Shown piece after piece: positions 35,825-46,060 of a stretch of DNA of 64,000 nucleotides (position 1 is the stretch's first letter; the number at the start of each line of letters is the position of its first letter). This DNA is from Selaginella moellendorffii. Lineage: Eukaryota; Plantae; Lycopodiophyta. The stretch lies in NCBI RefSeq assembly GCF_000143415.4, contig NW_003314314.1, forward strand, positions 315,771 to 379,770, given 5' to 3'. Below the pieces are notes generated by a model, which was given only the letters and a program-made list of their open reading frames with translations, did no database searches and was not told where the DNA came from. Made by a program: the position numbers and the translations under genes.

Positions 35825-36859
35825 CTTTTGATGGAGCTGTAACTTTCGTTCTGTTTAATTTGGTTTCTTGTGATTGGAAAAAGAACAGCAGAAAACCAGC
35901 TGGCATGGTAAAAGGAAATCGAAATGGTGTTACTTGATGTTGCAATTTCCAATGTGAAGATGAAGCTTACGTAGATCCACTATCTAGACCAAAAATGCCA
36001 CAATGAGAAGTATTCTATCAAACATACGCTGCTGCGAATGAAGACTCCTTGAGGCTACTGCTCTACGTGGATCTACTTGATCTACAACCTGCAAGGAAAG
36101 AACATATGCCACTGTTATCTTTCTTCCTGAATCTCACTTGAGAAGAAATCTTCATAGGCCGGGCACTGAAGAGATACGAAAGCCCAGAGGTTGAGTCGAG
36201 ATAATTGATACCTGAAAGATTGTAAAAACCAGGAACTGATCAGGAAATCTTTTTCTCTCTTCCTGTAAGTTCCAAGCCTGGTAAAAGTTATAGAAACCGT
36301 TCTCTTGACAGGATATTGTCTCCAGAATAGCTTCGATTGAGCTCAATATTGAGCTTAGGAAAGGAGCCATACATCTACACGATCTGGATGCCGCAGTGCT
36401 AATCACTTCTGGAAGGGCAAATCGCTCCTCCCATGGCAGCGCATCGGGACAGCATGCCAAGCGAGAGACACATATCTAGAATCTTGGACCAGGCAACTCA
36501 TCTCAGAAGTCTAAAAGAAAAAGTAAGATGTCCAATCACGACTTGCTTACTGATACGGGAACTCTGGCTCGAGATCAGGTCCCAAGGACAAAGAACAACA
36601 AAGACAAAAGAATGAGTTACCGTCCCAAGAAAATCAAGTGCGTCGCATCCCGCCCTCTGTCAGTGTCAACCTATGGAATCAGTGGAACTTGACGAGATTT
36701 GGTAATGATCTACAAACGTTATAGAAAAGGAAAGCTCAAATGAAACAAACTGTTCTAAGGTCTGTCCTCCTAGCCATGGGAAATGAAGCAGTGGAGGCTT
36801 GCTCTCTAAAATCTCTGGAAATGTAACCAAATGACTCCATGCAGTGGGAGCTCTTGGCG

Positions 36860-37246
36860 TTCCCGACTACAACCCTTCCAAGACGACACTGGCCGGCTAC
36901 GACATCCCCAAACACCGGAGCGTTCTCATCAACTTCTGGGCGATACTGGGACGGACCGGAAGCATTTCGCCCGGAGCGTTTCCTGGGCTATCAAGCGAAA
37001 TCCCTGCAAGCGCTCATGATGCCATTCTCTGCCGGGCGGAGAACTTGTTCGGGCGTGCAGATAGCTTCCCGCATGGTTCCTTTTGGGGTTGCAAGCTTGC
37101 TCCGTGCGTTTGATTGGAAGAGTGCGCGCGAGATCGATTTGTCTGAGAGGTCGGGAACTATCTCTTCTATGCCCGTGTCGGACTTGGTGGCATTCGCAAC
37201 AGCTAGGCTGGAAACGTCTGTCTTTATGGCTGACCATGTAATATAA
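36860..37246 (+). pseudogene. Cytochrome P450 C-terminal fragment (CYP71-clan-like), frameshifted
   Basis: LAGYDIPKHRSVLINFWAI, then a frameshift, then YWDGPEAFRPERF and the heme motif PFSAGRRTCSG. No N-terminal half is visible upstream. Confidence 0.85.
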
Positions 37247-37309
37247 CGTTGTCCCTCAAAATAACTAGGCATACTCGACAATGTTAGTAGCAGGATTTGC
37301 CGCCTTTGC

Positions 37310-37533
37310 CGATGGAAATGTTTAGAGAGATGCCATCACCGGATACTGTCTCTTACCAACCGTGATTGCCGCCTTTGCCATAGTGGGGGAAAGGCATGCG
37401 ATCAAAGGACCCGAGATCATTGCGTTCCACCTCTCAGCCTCCAGCGTCGGCTCTATGCTTGCGGATCCAAGACGTGAGTAAACACAGCTACACAAAAAAC
37501 AAGAAGAACAGCGAGCAACCGTACCTCGAGGCT
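37310..37533 (+). repeat. ~225-bp direct repeat, copy 2
   Basis: Matches 32745-32974. Confidence 0.85.
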
Positions 37534-37757
37534 ATCAGGCAACGGTTTCGTCAGCCATTCCACAGTGCAATGACATCGGCAGAAGTGGAAGAAGAAGAAG
37601 ACGGTGGTGGTGGTGTGGCCGTGAGTGCCGGCGCCGCGGGCAGTGGAAGAACTAAGACTCCCCTCGTCCTGCGCTTCTTCTTGGCGTTTAAATCTACTTC
37701 CAAAGAAAGAAGAAAGATCACTTTAGCCCAACGGTTTTCGATCACTCTAACACTTCT

Positions 37758-38420
37758 GACGAGGAATCCAGTGACTTGGAATGCGCTGATAGCCGGCTAC
37801 AGCCGGCATGGCGACACCGAGAAGGTGTTCCAGCGGATGCTAGACGAGAGATACCAACAACTAGCGAAATGAATAGAACTTTCTCGTGCTGACTGTGGCC
37901 GGGGTTGCAACACATTCTTGTTCCCCTGCACGCGGAAGCTCGTCACGGTCATGTACTCCCGGTACCGCTCTCGATGTGGATCACGTACCTCGGCGCGCTC
38001 GTGGGGCTGATCGCGTCCAAATTGTCCCCACGGCGTGCGCGCAGTTGACCAGGCCACGGTCAGCTTGTCGATGGTTTTTTTTTTGTACATTGCAAGAAGG
38101 AAAAATCCCGACAAAGAAAGAGTGCAAATTCTAGTCATTGTTTATCAGCGCATTCGCCCTCCACATTCTGGATTCCTAGCGCATTCGATCGACGCACTCC
38201 TCCACAGGAACCAGAGTCCTCGGCGGGGCAACGCAAAAGCCGCGAATCTTCCTCCTCCTGCTGCTGCTATGGCCGCAGCCCAAACAAATCCCTCTCATGG
38301 CGAGACGGATCGCACAGATGCAATCATCCAGAGCCATTGAATTTTGGACGTGCTTGAGAGGATGACGAGGAGGAATGTGGTGTCATTCACGGCCTTGATC
38401 CAGGTCTACGCGAGAAGAGG
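37758..38420 (+). pseudogene. Isolated PPR (PLS-class) motif fragments
   Basis: RNPVTWNALIAGYSRHGD..VFQRM (~37760-37850) and LERMTRRNVVSFTALIQVYARRG (~38350-38420). No continuous PPR ORF. Confidence 0.6.
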
Positions 38421-38747
38421 AGAAAGAAAAGAGGCTGTTTGACGTGGTGGCCTGGACGATCATGAGAGATTGTGGAAAATTTGGGACATCGTGTGCCCGT
38501 GAGGAACGCCATCTCTACATATGATCCAAAATTTTGTACCAAATGAAACGATGGCTCTTGGGATGCTACTGTTTCGGAGAGTCTCAATCCTTGGTAACTT
38601 TGACTTAGGGTATTGTTTTCCGTTGACCACGTCCGCCTATTTGACTCTTTGATCAATGGTTTTTCTAGCTATCTTATAGTTATTAACTAATGTGAAATAG
38701 ATTTAGTAAGGGTTAGGGAATTAAAGGCATTTTGCAAAGCGCAAGCT

Positions 38748-38909
38748 ATGGCGCGAACAGAGCAGGAGCGCAGTGGATGCGTCACAGGTTTGTGGTCTCT
38801 CTTCCGACCAAAAAAGGCGCACAAGGGCGACAACAAGGTCCACCCGGAAGCCATCTGGAAGCTGAAGGTCCATTATCGTGTCTGTGAGGCTGTCTCTCGG
38901 CAAGTTTGA
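38748..38909 (+). pseudogene. 5' stub of the MARTEQ family (copy 2, 53 codons)
   Basis: The first 35 aa are identical to copy 1. A small deletion follows, then a fusion at ~38899 to an inverted repeat module that supplies the stop. Confidence 0.8.
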
Positions 38910-39507
38910 CGTTGCGATTTCATAGCTCGCATCATCCAGGCGCAAGGAAGTTGCCATGCTGATCAAACAAAGTTCTCTCTTCGTTTTTTTCTTTTTTTTC
39001 ATTAAAAACGCCATGGCGCTTTAGACTGTCGTTCACGATTTAAAGCTTTCGTCCGTGTCAAGTCTTTTTCCATACAATGGTAGCCTTATGAACCATAATT
39101 TTGGCTTGACAGTCCTCAGTAGGCGTTAACTCGGTTCTTACAAGAGTGAGTGAGTCTTCTTTCTTTCTGCAGTCAAATGGCTCTATAAACATATGGAACA
39201 ACTAAAGGTGCGTACATATTAGTTCCTGACTTCTTGCTCTAACATGATCTTCTCTTTGCAGTGCGATGCCTGCCGAGTGCCTGACTGCACCACCGCCATC
39301 ACCAAATCCATTGAGTACGGCCCAGCCATGGAAGCAGTGGGAGAGGCAGCAGAAGACCAGAAATTTAAGGCATATCAACATGCAAGTCTTCAAAGGCTGT
39401 CGCTTTTCTGTATCTCGCAAAGAAAATGAAATGAAATGAAACTAAAAAATCAAAGATCAGTATTCAAGTTCTTCTGCTGCTGCTCTGCTTGATCTAAAAC
39501 TTAAACT
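38900..39507 (-). repeat. Inverted copy of the module at 62470-63055 (diverged relatives at 14990-15500 and 48530-48850)
   Basis: For example, ggaagttgccatgctgatcaaacaaagttctctcttcg is the reverse complement of 62994-63031. ORFs 39202-39420(-) and 62507-62749(+) are near-identical. Confidence 0.9.
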
Positions 39508-41291
39508 GCTATTTGCTTTCTTTGTTTTGTCTTTAAGATGCTTGATCTTCTACTTTGATCTGCCCAAGAATACCTTAAGAATATTCTGGCACACCAAGAA
39601 TATTCTGTTAAGATTTTAGCGGCAATATTTTTATTAAATAGGTATTTTAAACCAAATTAATATTTTTAATAATATTTATATCTGTGTAAACTACCAGTAT
39701 CTAATTTTAGTGGCAATAGTTGCTATTTAATAGAGGTTTTGCCTTATCAACTACAGAAGAAATTATTATTTTAATATTTAATAATTTTTATTTATACTAA
39801 TTATTTAAGTTAGCATCATCTAATTTAATATATATATATATATATAATTTTTATTATTACTACAAACTTAAAATGCCCTATGTTATTTTAAATATAATTT
39901 ATAAATAAAAATTTATACATATTATATTAAACCCGAATATAATACCAACATCTAATTCATTATCAATGTCAAAAACACCTAATGTTCAGACATTGCAGAG
40001 TGATAAATCTTAAGTTAACATTTTGATCCATCCGAAAAAGCATATAATATATAAAATACATATGCTTATATTAGATGAAAGATTTACCAAAAATTTGATG
40101 TTGAAAAGTATGTGTAATTGCAACTTGAAAATTGGTTAATTGTGATGTTGTAAACCTTCTCATTTACAATATTAGCTCTATAATTGAGAACTATATACTC
40201 ATAATAATAATATTTTTACTTGATGTTGACACTCTTCTCCCATCTTTAATTGTAGTGCTTTGTTGCTTTTGCTTCCTTTGACCAAGTATTTGCATTTGTT
40301 ATTTTTTTATTTTTGGAAATTCTTGAAAAAAGTGCTAAAGTTGAACTTTTTTGATTAATGATCTCTTCAAATTTAAAACCTACTTCAACTAAAGCCTGAA
40401 GCTCTAAATTTGTCAAGTTCACCACTTCTTTAACTAGCTAATACATTGTATATATTCTGGTTTTTGGATAATTTGTGCTACAGCAAATCATGTGTGTCAA
40501 ACTTCTATTAAACAGAACCACATAAACTAATCACAGTGTTATAGAGGTTGTCATCCCCAAAACCAAGGGGTTGTAGTGTGTAAAGTTCCTATAATAATGT
40601 ATTCACCACATAAGTTTCCTCCAATTCAAGCAAGACACTTAGACTACAAATCCTCCTCCAAGTTGACATGTAACCCACCCAATCTTATAAATCTTTTGTT
40701 CTTTGACTTTTATTCAAACATGTTAGTGCTTCAAATACATACTATTATGTAAACACTTCTTAAATCCCAAGTGGTGTGACTTTAAGCCTAGAGTGCTACA
40801 ACTTCATCCCATGCTTTGGCCCTTCATCCATATAATCTCTAGCATATTAAATATTAGTAATTCTTTCATCTCATCCACAATTTGGATATCAAGTGTAAAA
40901 TCACTCACTTGTCCGCAAAGAATGTTGCCACCCAAGGAGAAAATAACCTAATGAACAACTTTCCAAAAGAAATGGAGCAACTCAAAACTCAACTTCTTGA
41001 GGGCTTTGAGGGCTTTTTCAAATTTTATAAAACTAAGCTAGCTATCATCTTTCCTTGAGTTAACCACTCTACATTGTCCTAATAAGCAAGTAATGGCCTT
41101 TAAGATGAGTTCCATCCACCAACAATGGCTGGCAATTGTTTAAAAACAACTAAATGTTCCATAAGATTTTGTTTGGAAGGAAACAAATCCTCAAAAGTCT
41201 TAGCTTGAATTCATTCCTACAGCTTAATCCCAATTACAATATAAAATTTTGTTTATGCTCACTCTATGATGCAATGGTTTTGTTCATATAA

Positions 41292-42599
41292 CTAGAGATC
41301 AATAAGCTGCTTTAGATTAAATGGAAACATAATTGTTTTGTTCCCACTTAATATAGCAGAGGCTATGAGACGGTTTGCAGACTCTGTTGGATGATAAGCA
41401 TCCCAATAGAAGTATTGGTTTCTCGTAGAACAAACTGATCCTAATGGTAAACAAGCGAATAATCTCAAGGGTGATACTCCACAACAAGCATCACGGCCAT
41501 TCACAAATCCTGTCATACAAATTACAATGAGCAAATGATGAATTTGTGTTAAGCTTACCATATTTTGAAGGGTTGTTTGTTGCATCATAAAATAGATCAT
41601 ATGTAGTTCCAAACACCATCTTCACTCCATTCAAGTCTCGATTCATCCCTGAAACCATATCCTTGAGTGCTCTGTCAAAATTCACGGCCAAAGAGTTGGC
41701 TTCTTCATGGCAAGCCTTGCCATTTGCTCCCAAAATATTGCCCTCTCTCTTAAATGGAATGCAACCAAGTGGTCCAAGAGCAAAAACCACTATTTTGCGA
41801 GCTCCTAGTTGATAGGCTCTCTGTTGAGTATCAAAATTAAATAAAAATCAAATGAAATGAGTTATTGAGCAAGAAAAGCAATCACTTACATTCAAGTAGC
41901 CTTTGTATGCAGAGATTACTTCATCTTGAAATTCTTGCGGAGATTTGCTCCTGGTGCTGTTCATGTAATTCAAGTAATCGTTGGATCCAAGGGCAAACAA
42001 AAATATTGACCGTGACAAAAGATCAAATGCGGGGTCCTCGCCTCCCACAAGCAAAACGATCTCAGACCTAGTGTTGACGAAATTCTGGATCTGCTTCCCA
42101 AGCGGCTGGATCTGGTCAAAGGTCCAAGGATGGATGGTCAACACGCTTCAAAAGCCCAAACTAAATACTTTACATTCTGGAGGAAGTTCACAGAGGAATC
42201 ATTGAGGATTCGAGCGCCGCCTGATGCGTAGCTTACTCCTTTGAGGATCACACTGCCTTTTGTCTTGGGATCGTGATAAGCAGGGACTAGAGGAAGCCCA
42301 AGTTCTTGAGCTGGTAGAAACAAAACAAACTCAGAAAATGTGTAGATCAATTTGCCTTGCTTACCAATGAGATCCACGACTGTGAATCCATTGCAAAACC
42401 TTCCTGTCGCCTTCCCTCCTGGGAAATCGATTCCATTTGGCCGAAATGCTGCTTGAGCAGTGGTGACGAGGAACTTGTTGTTTCCGGGATCTGTCAAAGA
42501 GTCACCAAAGACGAAGAATGCAGGAGCTTGGGCACGCCCAGATCTAAGAACCAAAAAAAAACTCAAAATCGAAGCTGCTAGAGGAAGAAGACGCATCAT
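41292..42599 (-). CDS. GDSL (SGNH) esterase/lipase, secreted. Exons 42599-42365, 42310-42174, 42111-41890, 41820-41559, 41509-41292 (357 aa)
   Basis: Signal peptide. Block I FVFGDSLTDPGNN, TGRFCNG, block II SYASGGA, block III LGSNDY, LGPLGCIP, block V YWDAYHPTE. Four GT-AG introns (54, 62, 69, 49 nt) give a continuous frame. Confidence 0.95.
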
Positions 42600-42829
42600 C
42601 ACTCTTCTCTTAGTCAAGGTAAAGTGGCGATCTATTCGTTTCTTATTCTCACACGCAGTCAGTCAAAGTCCACTTTATGGTCAATTTGGTAGAGCTCGGC
42701 AATCCTCCTCACAGTAACACAAGGGAAGAAAATAAAAGCAAGGATGGACCTTATCCAATAGCTGCCAATCTTGGCTCCTTCCAACACTTCATGGAGGACA
42801 CCATCAACTAGAGAGCTTTACCAGATGAC

Positions 42830-43370
42830 AAAGTACGTCAAGCGTAGTCTGTCTTATAGTCTCCGCAGCCTCTCTATGAATCCGAAACCCCCGACTTCAG
42901 CTAGATCACCTTCTCGCCATCTTGCTGCCATCTGACACTGGTTTACTTCGCTCCTCGCTGAAGCTGTGCCTTATACCGCAGCAGCGCTAATCCACTGGAG
43001 CAAACAAAAGAAGAAAAAAAGGCTAGAAACATGGGTTCTGATTTTTTTGGTTTGCTTCAATCGCTTTTTGTGTTTGCACAGACAAAAGGTCATCAATTGA
43101 GCGTTTGGATTAGATACCTTCCAGACCAGTCCAACTTATAGTCTACCAGCCTCCAGTCATCTTCGAGTTTCCTTGCCGCAATCTCGTCTTGATCCCTTCC
43201 TAAGCTGCATCCTGGCTGTGATGGTCGCTAGGCTCATCATCTCTTCTTGAGTTTCACTCAGAGCTACTCAACCGGCCAGGGATGTTGCTTGCAGTGGCAT
43301 ACATTACAACTTGTGTACTCTGATTGAAGACGAAGCTCTCCAGCAAAGAGCAGTGATTCTTGAGCAGTTC
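42830..43370 (-). repeat. Inverted copy of the MARTEQ downstream module (45930-46410 / 12560-12670)
   Basis: The reverse complement matches gaatcactgctctttgctggagagcttc..gtgaaactcaagaagagatga and gagactataagacagactacgc. Confidence 0.85.
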
Positions 43371-44321
43371 CTTAATACAAAATTATTTAAGTTTGGCATA
43401 ATAAACTAGAAGCATTTTTTCTATAAGTTTTTTAATTTTGTTTTTGTTTTTATGGTATTTCTTGGAGGAGGACTCGTTTGATTCCCCAACAGATATGAAA
43501 TATTGAAGGTGGTGAATGCAATCAATAATATTTTGTGTTTTTTGAACAGTATTTTGTAAGTTGTTTCCTACAATATTTGGTTAAACGTGTTTCCAGGCTT
43601 GCTTTGCTCCAAATCCAGCTACTAGCCCCAAATGAGAAAGTGGTAGAGCTCATCGCCGAGACAGCACTGATCGAGCACCAAGGATTTCCCGTGGGCACTC
43701 TGAATGAAAATGGAGCATCAATTCTCTGGGAGAAAGGAAGTCGAAACAATGGACGACCCGAAAGGTTCTCAGGAAAAGCTCTTCACTGAAAAGCTTTTGA
43801 CTCCTGCTTGCACAATACCAAACCTGTCAACAAGGAAACAAGGAAGGATTAACCATCCGCTTCGCTAGCTTTTTTAGTCAAGAACTCCGCGGATTTGAGC
43901 TGGACCTCTCCTTCTCGGGTAGTGCACGACTTCTCATCGATCATGCGAAGCTCATGCTCCAGGTCCAGTTCTCAACGCGGATCCAGGCCAAAGAAATCAT
44001 CGCTGGAGCCGCTCTACAACTTTCTCCTTGGTGGATAAAACGCAAGAGCTCTTCCCAGCCAGCCAAGCGGAGGAGGAGTGAGATCCATGGGGGAGGAGCC
44101 CTCGGAGGATGCAAGGATCAAAGCCCTGGGAGCTGAGGACGTCAACTTTGCTCTTTCGCTGTGATCAAGCGCTGGGAAGCTCTTCGAGGTATCTCTCGCT
44201 CGCAGAGCAACAACAAAAGGTTTAGTGAAATCAGCAAGATTACGACTAATACATTAATACATTAATGTACATTAATTGAGTAAGGGTTAGGGCATTAGAG
44301 GCATTTTGCAAAGCGCAAGCT

Positions 44322-46060
44322 ATGGCGCGAACAGAGCAGGAGCGCTGTGGATGCGTCACAGGTCTGTGGTCTCTCTTCCGACCAAAAAAGGCGCACAAGG
44401 GCGACAACAAGGTCCACCCGGAAGCCATGGACGCGGCGGCCTCGAAGCTGAAACAACTCAAGCGCGAGGTGAGTGTGATCGTGGAATCACTCCGAGGGCA
44501 GAAGGCGATCGTGCCGATCAAGCCGGACCAAAACGAAGCCGAGGAGCTGAAGGAGAATCAAGAGAAGAAAGCCGAGCAGCTGAACGAGGAGGAGAAGGAA
44601 CTCAGGCGCGCGATCAAGCGGCGGGAGGAGGAGCAGCGAGTACTGCGAGCCCAGGAGCTGCAAGCCCAGGAGGAGCTGCGAGCCCTTCGAGCCGAGCAGG
44701 CGGAGCAACAGCAGCAGCGGGTGGAGAAGAAGCGGGCAGAGAAGCAGTGGTGGGAGCAGCAGCGGGCGATGCGAGCGGAGCGACGGCGAGCCCAGCAGCG
44801 AGCCGATCACGAGAAGCTGCTTTGTTTCTCGACTGCGGTGGAAAATTTTGGTGCGGATGGTGCCCGATGGTGGTCCGAGTGCCATCTCACCGATGGCCGT
44901 GGAGGCTTCACCGAGTTCCTGCGCCTGGAAGCTCTTCACGAGGCCTCACGAGAGCTCTCCAAGACGAACACCAGCAAGAGGAGTGGCTTCGAACAGAAGG
45001 AGCAGCGGATGAAACCAGAACAAGAGGAGGAGCGGCGGATCAAGCAGGAAATCAAGCAGCCAAACGAGAAGGATCACGAGAAGATCAAGCCAGAAAACAA
45101 GCAAAAGGAGCAGCCAACCAAGCCAGCTTTGCTGCCAGCCGGTCCGCGTCGTCCAGGTATGGTTTGTCTCTTTTCTCATCCTTTCTTCCGTGACTTAACC
45201 ACTGTCTCTCGGACTTCCAGGTTCCAGGCCCAAGACTGTTCGCTTCTCTCCATCAGCGCAGATCATTCTCCCCGACGGCACGCAGCAGCCGACTGAGTGC
45301 CATCTCCAGGATGGGCGAGGGGGCTTTCTGGAGTTCCGGCGCCTGGAAGCTCTTCACGAGGGGTCGAGAGAGCTAAAGAGGAAGGAGAGCAGCCAGAAGA
45401 TCGACGACGAGGTCAGGGACGAGGACGTGGTTGAGGTCGAGGAGGGGGCCACCTGGAGCTGCCGCGCATTGGAGCTTCTGATCAGGCTCGCCGAGTTGAC
45501 GTACGAAGAACTGAACGGAAAATCTAGCGACAGCGTAAGGATCCAGAGAGCGCGGAGGATGGCGAGGCTTCAGAGGGAGTTGGATAAAATCCCTGAAGAA
45601 TCGAAGCCGTGGAGGAAGAGCAAATCCGGCAAAATGGTGTTTGTGAAAGTGGCCAAGGAGATCTGTGATCGCGCGGGAGACGACTTCGTCCGAGAATTCT
45701 GGAGAAGACAGGCAAGCTTTTCTTTTCGTTAGTTTTTGGATTCGGGCGGTTTGCCAATAACTCCCGTGTTTGTTGTAGAGAGCTACTTCGCTCGCGGAAG
45801 CAAATGCCGAGGGAAGGGATGGTTGTGGTCATGGTTTCTCTCAACACGGTCGGAGGATTATCAGCAAGGAACGACGAGAATACAAGACTGGAAACGAGAC
45901 TGGAAACAGGAGTGGACGGTGTTTTGTCACTGCTGGAGAATCACTGCTCTTTGCTGGAGAGCTTCCTCTTCAATCAGAGTACGCAAGCTGCGATGTATGC
46001 CACTGCAAGCAACATCCCCGACCAGTTGAGCAGCTCCGAGTGAAACTCAAGAAGAGATGA
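44322..46060 (+). CDS. Unknown coiled-coil protein, MARTEQ family copy 3. Predicted exons 44322-45156, 45221-45711, 45779-46060 (~535 aa; intron 2 is GC-AG)
   Basis: Same N-terminus and same intron positions as copy 1. Exon 2 is open and homologous to copy 1 exon 2. If the GC donor is not used, the protein stops at 45732. Confidence 0.68.

Larger units (their letters stand above)
40010..43405. repeat. Segmental duplication (direct) of ~58325-61888, containing the GDSL gene
   Basis: Collinear. Identity is very high over the gene and its flanks and lower in the AT-rich left part. Confidence 0.9.

Noticed and set aside
36000-36620. Possible minus-strand exon fragments (also 14658-14970 and 43520-44100)
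   Set aside because: Splice-like signals are present, but there is no recognisable protein or consistent frame.
38688-46060. Giant Penelope-like (Terminon-type) element, suggested by coiled-coil ORFs, GDSL and a telomere-like motif
   Set aside because: No PLE reverse transcriptase or telomeric array is present, and the GDSL is an ordinary secreted plant gene with standard introns.
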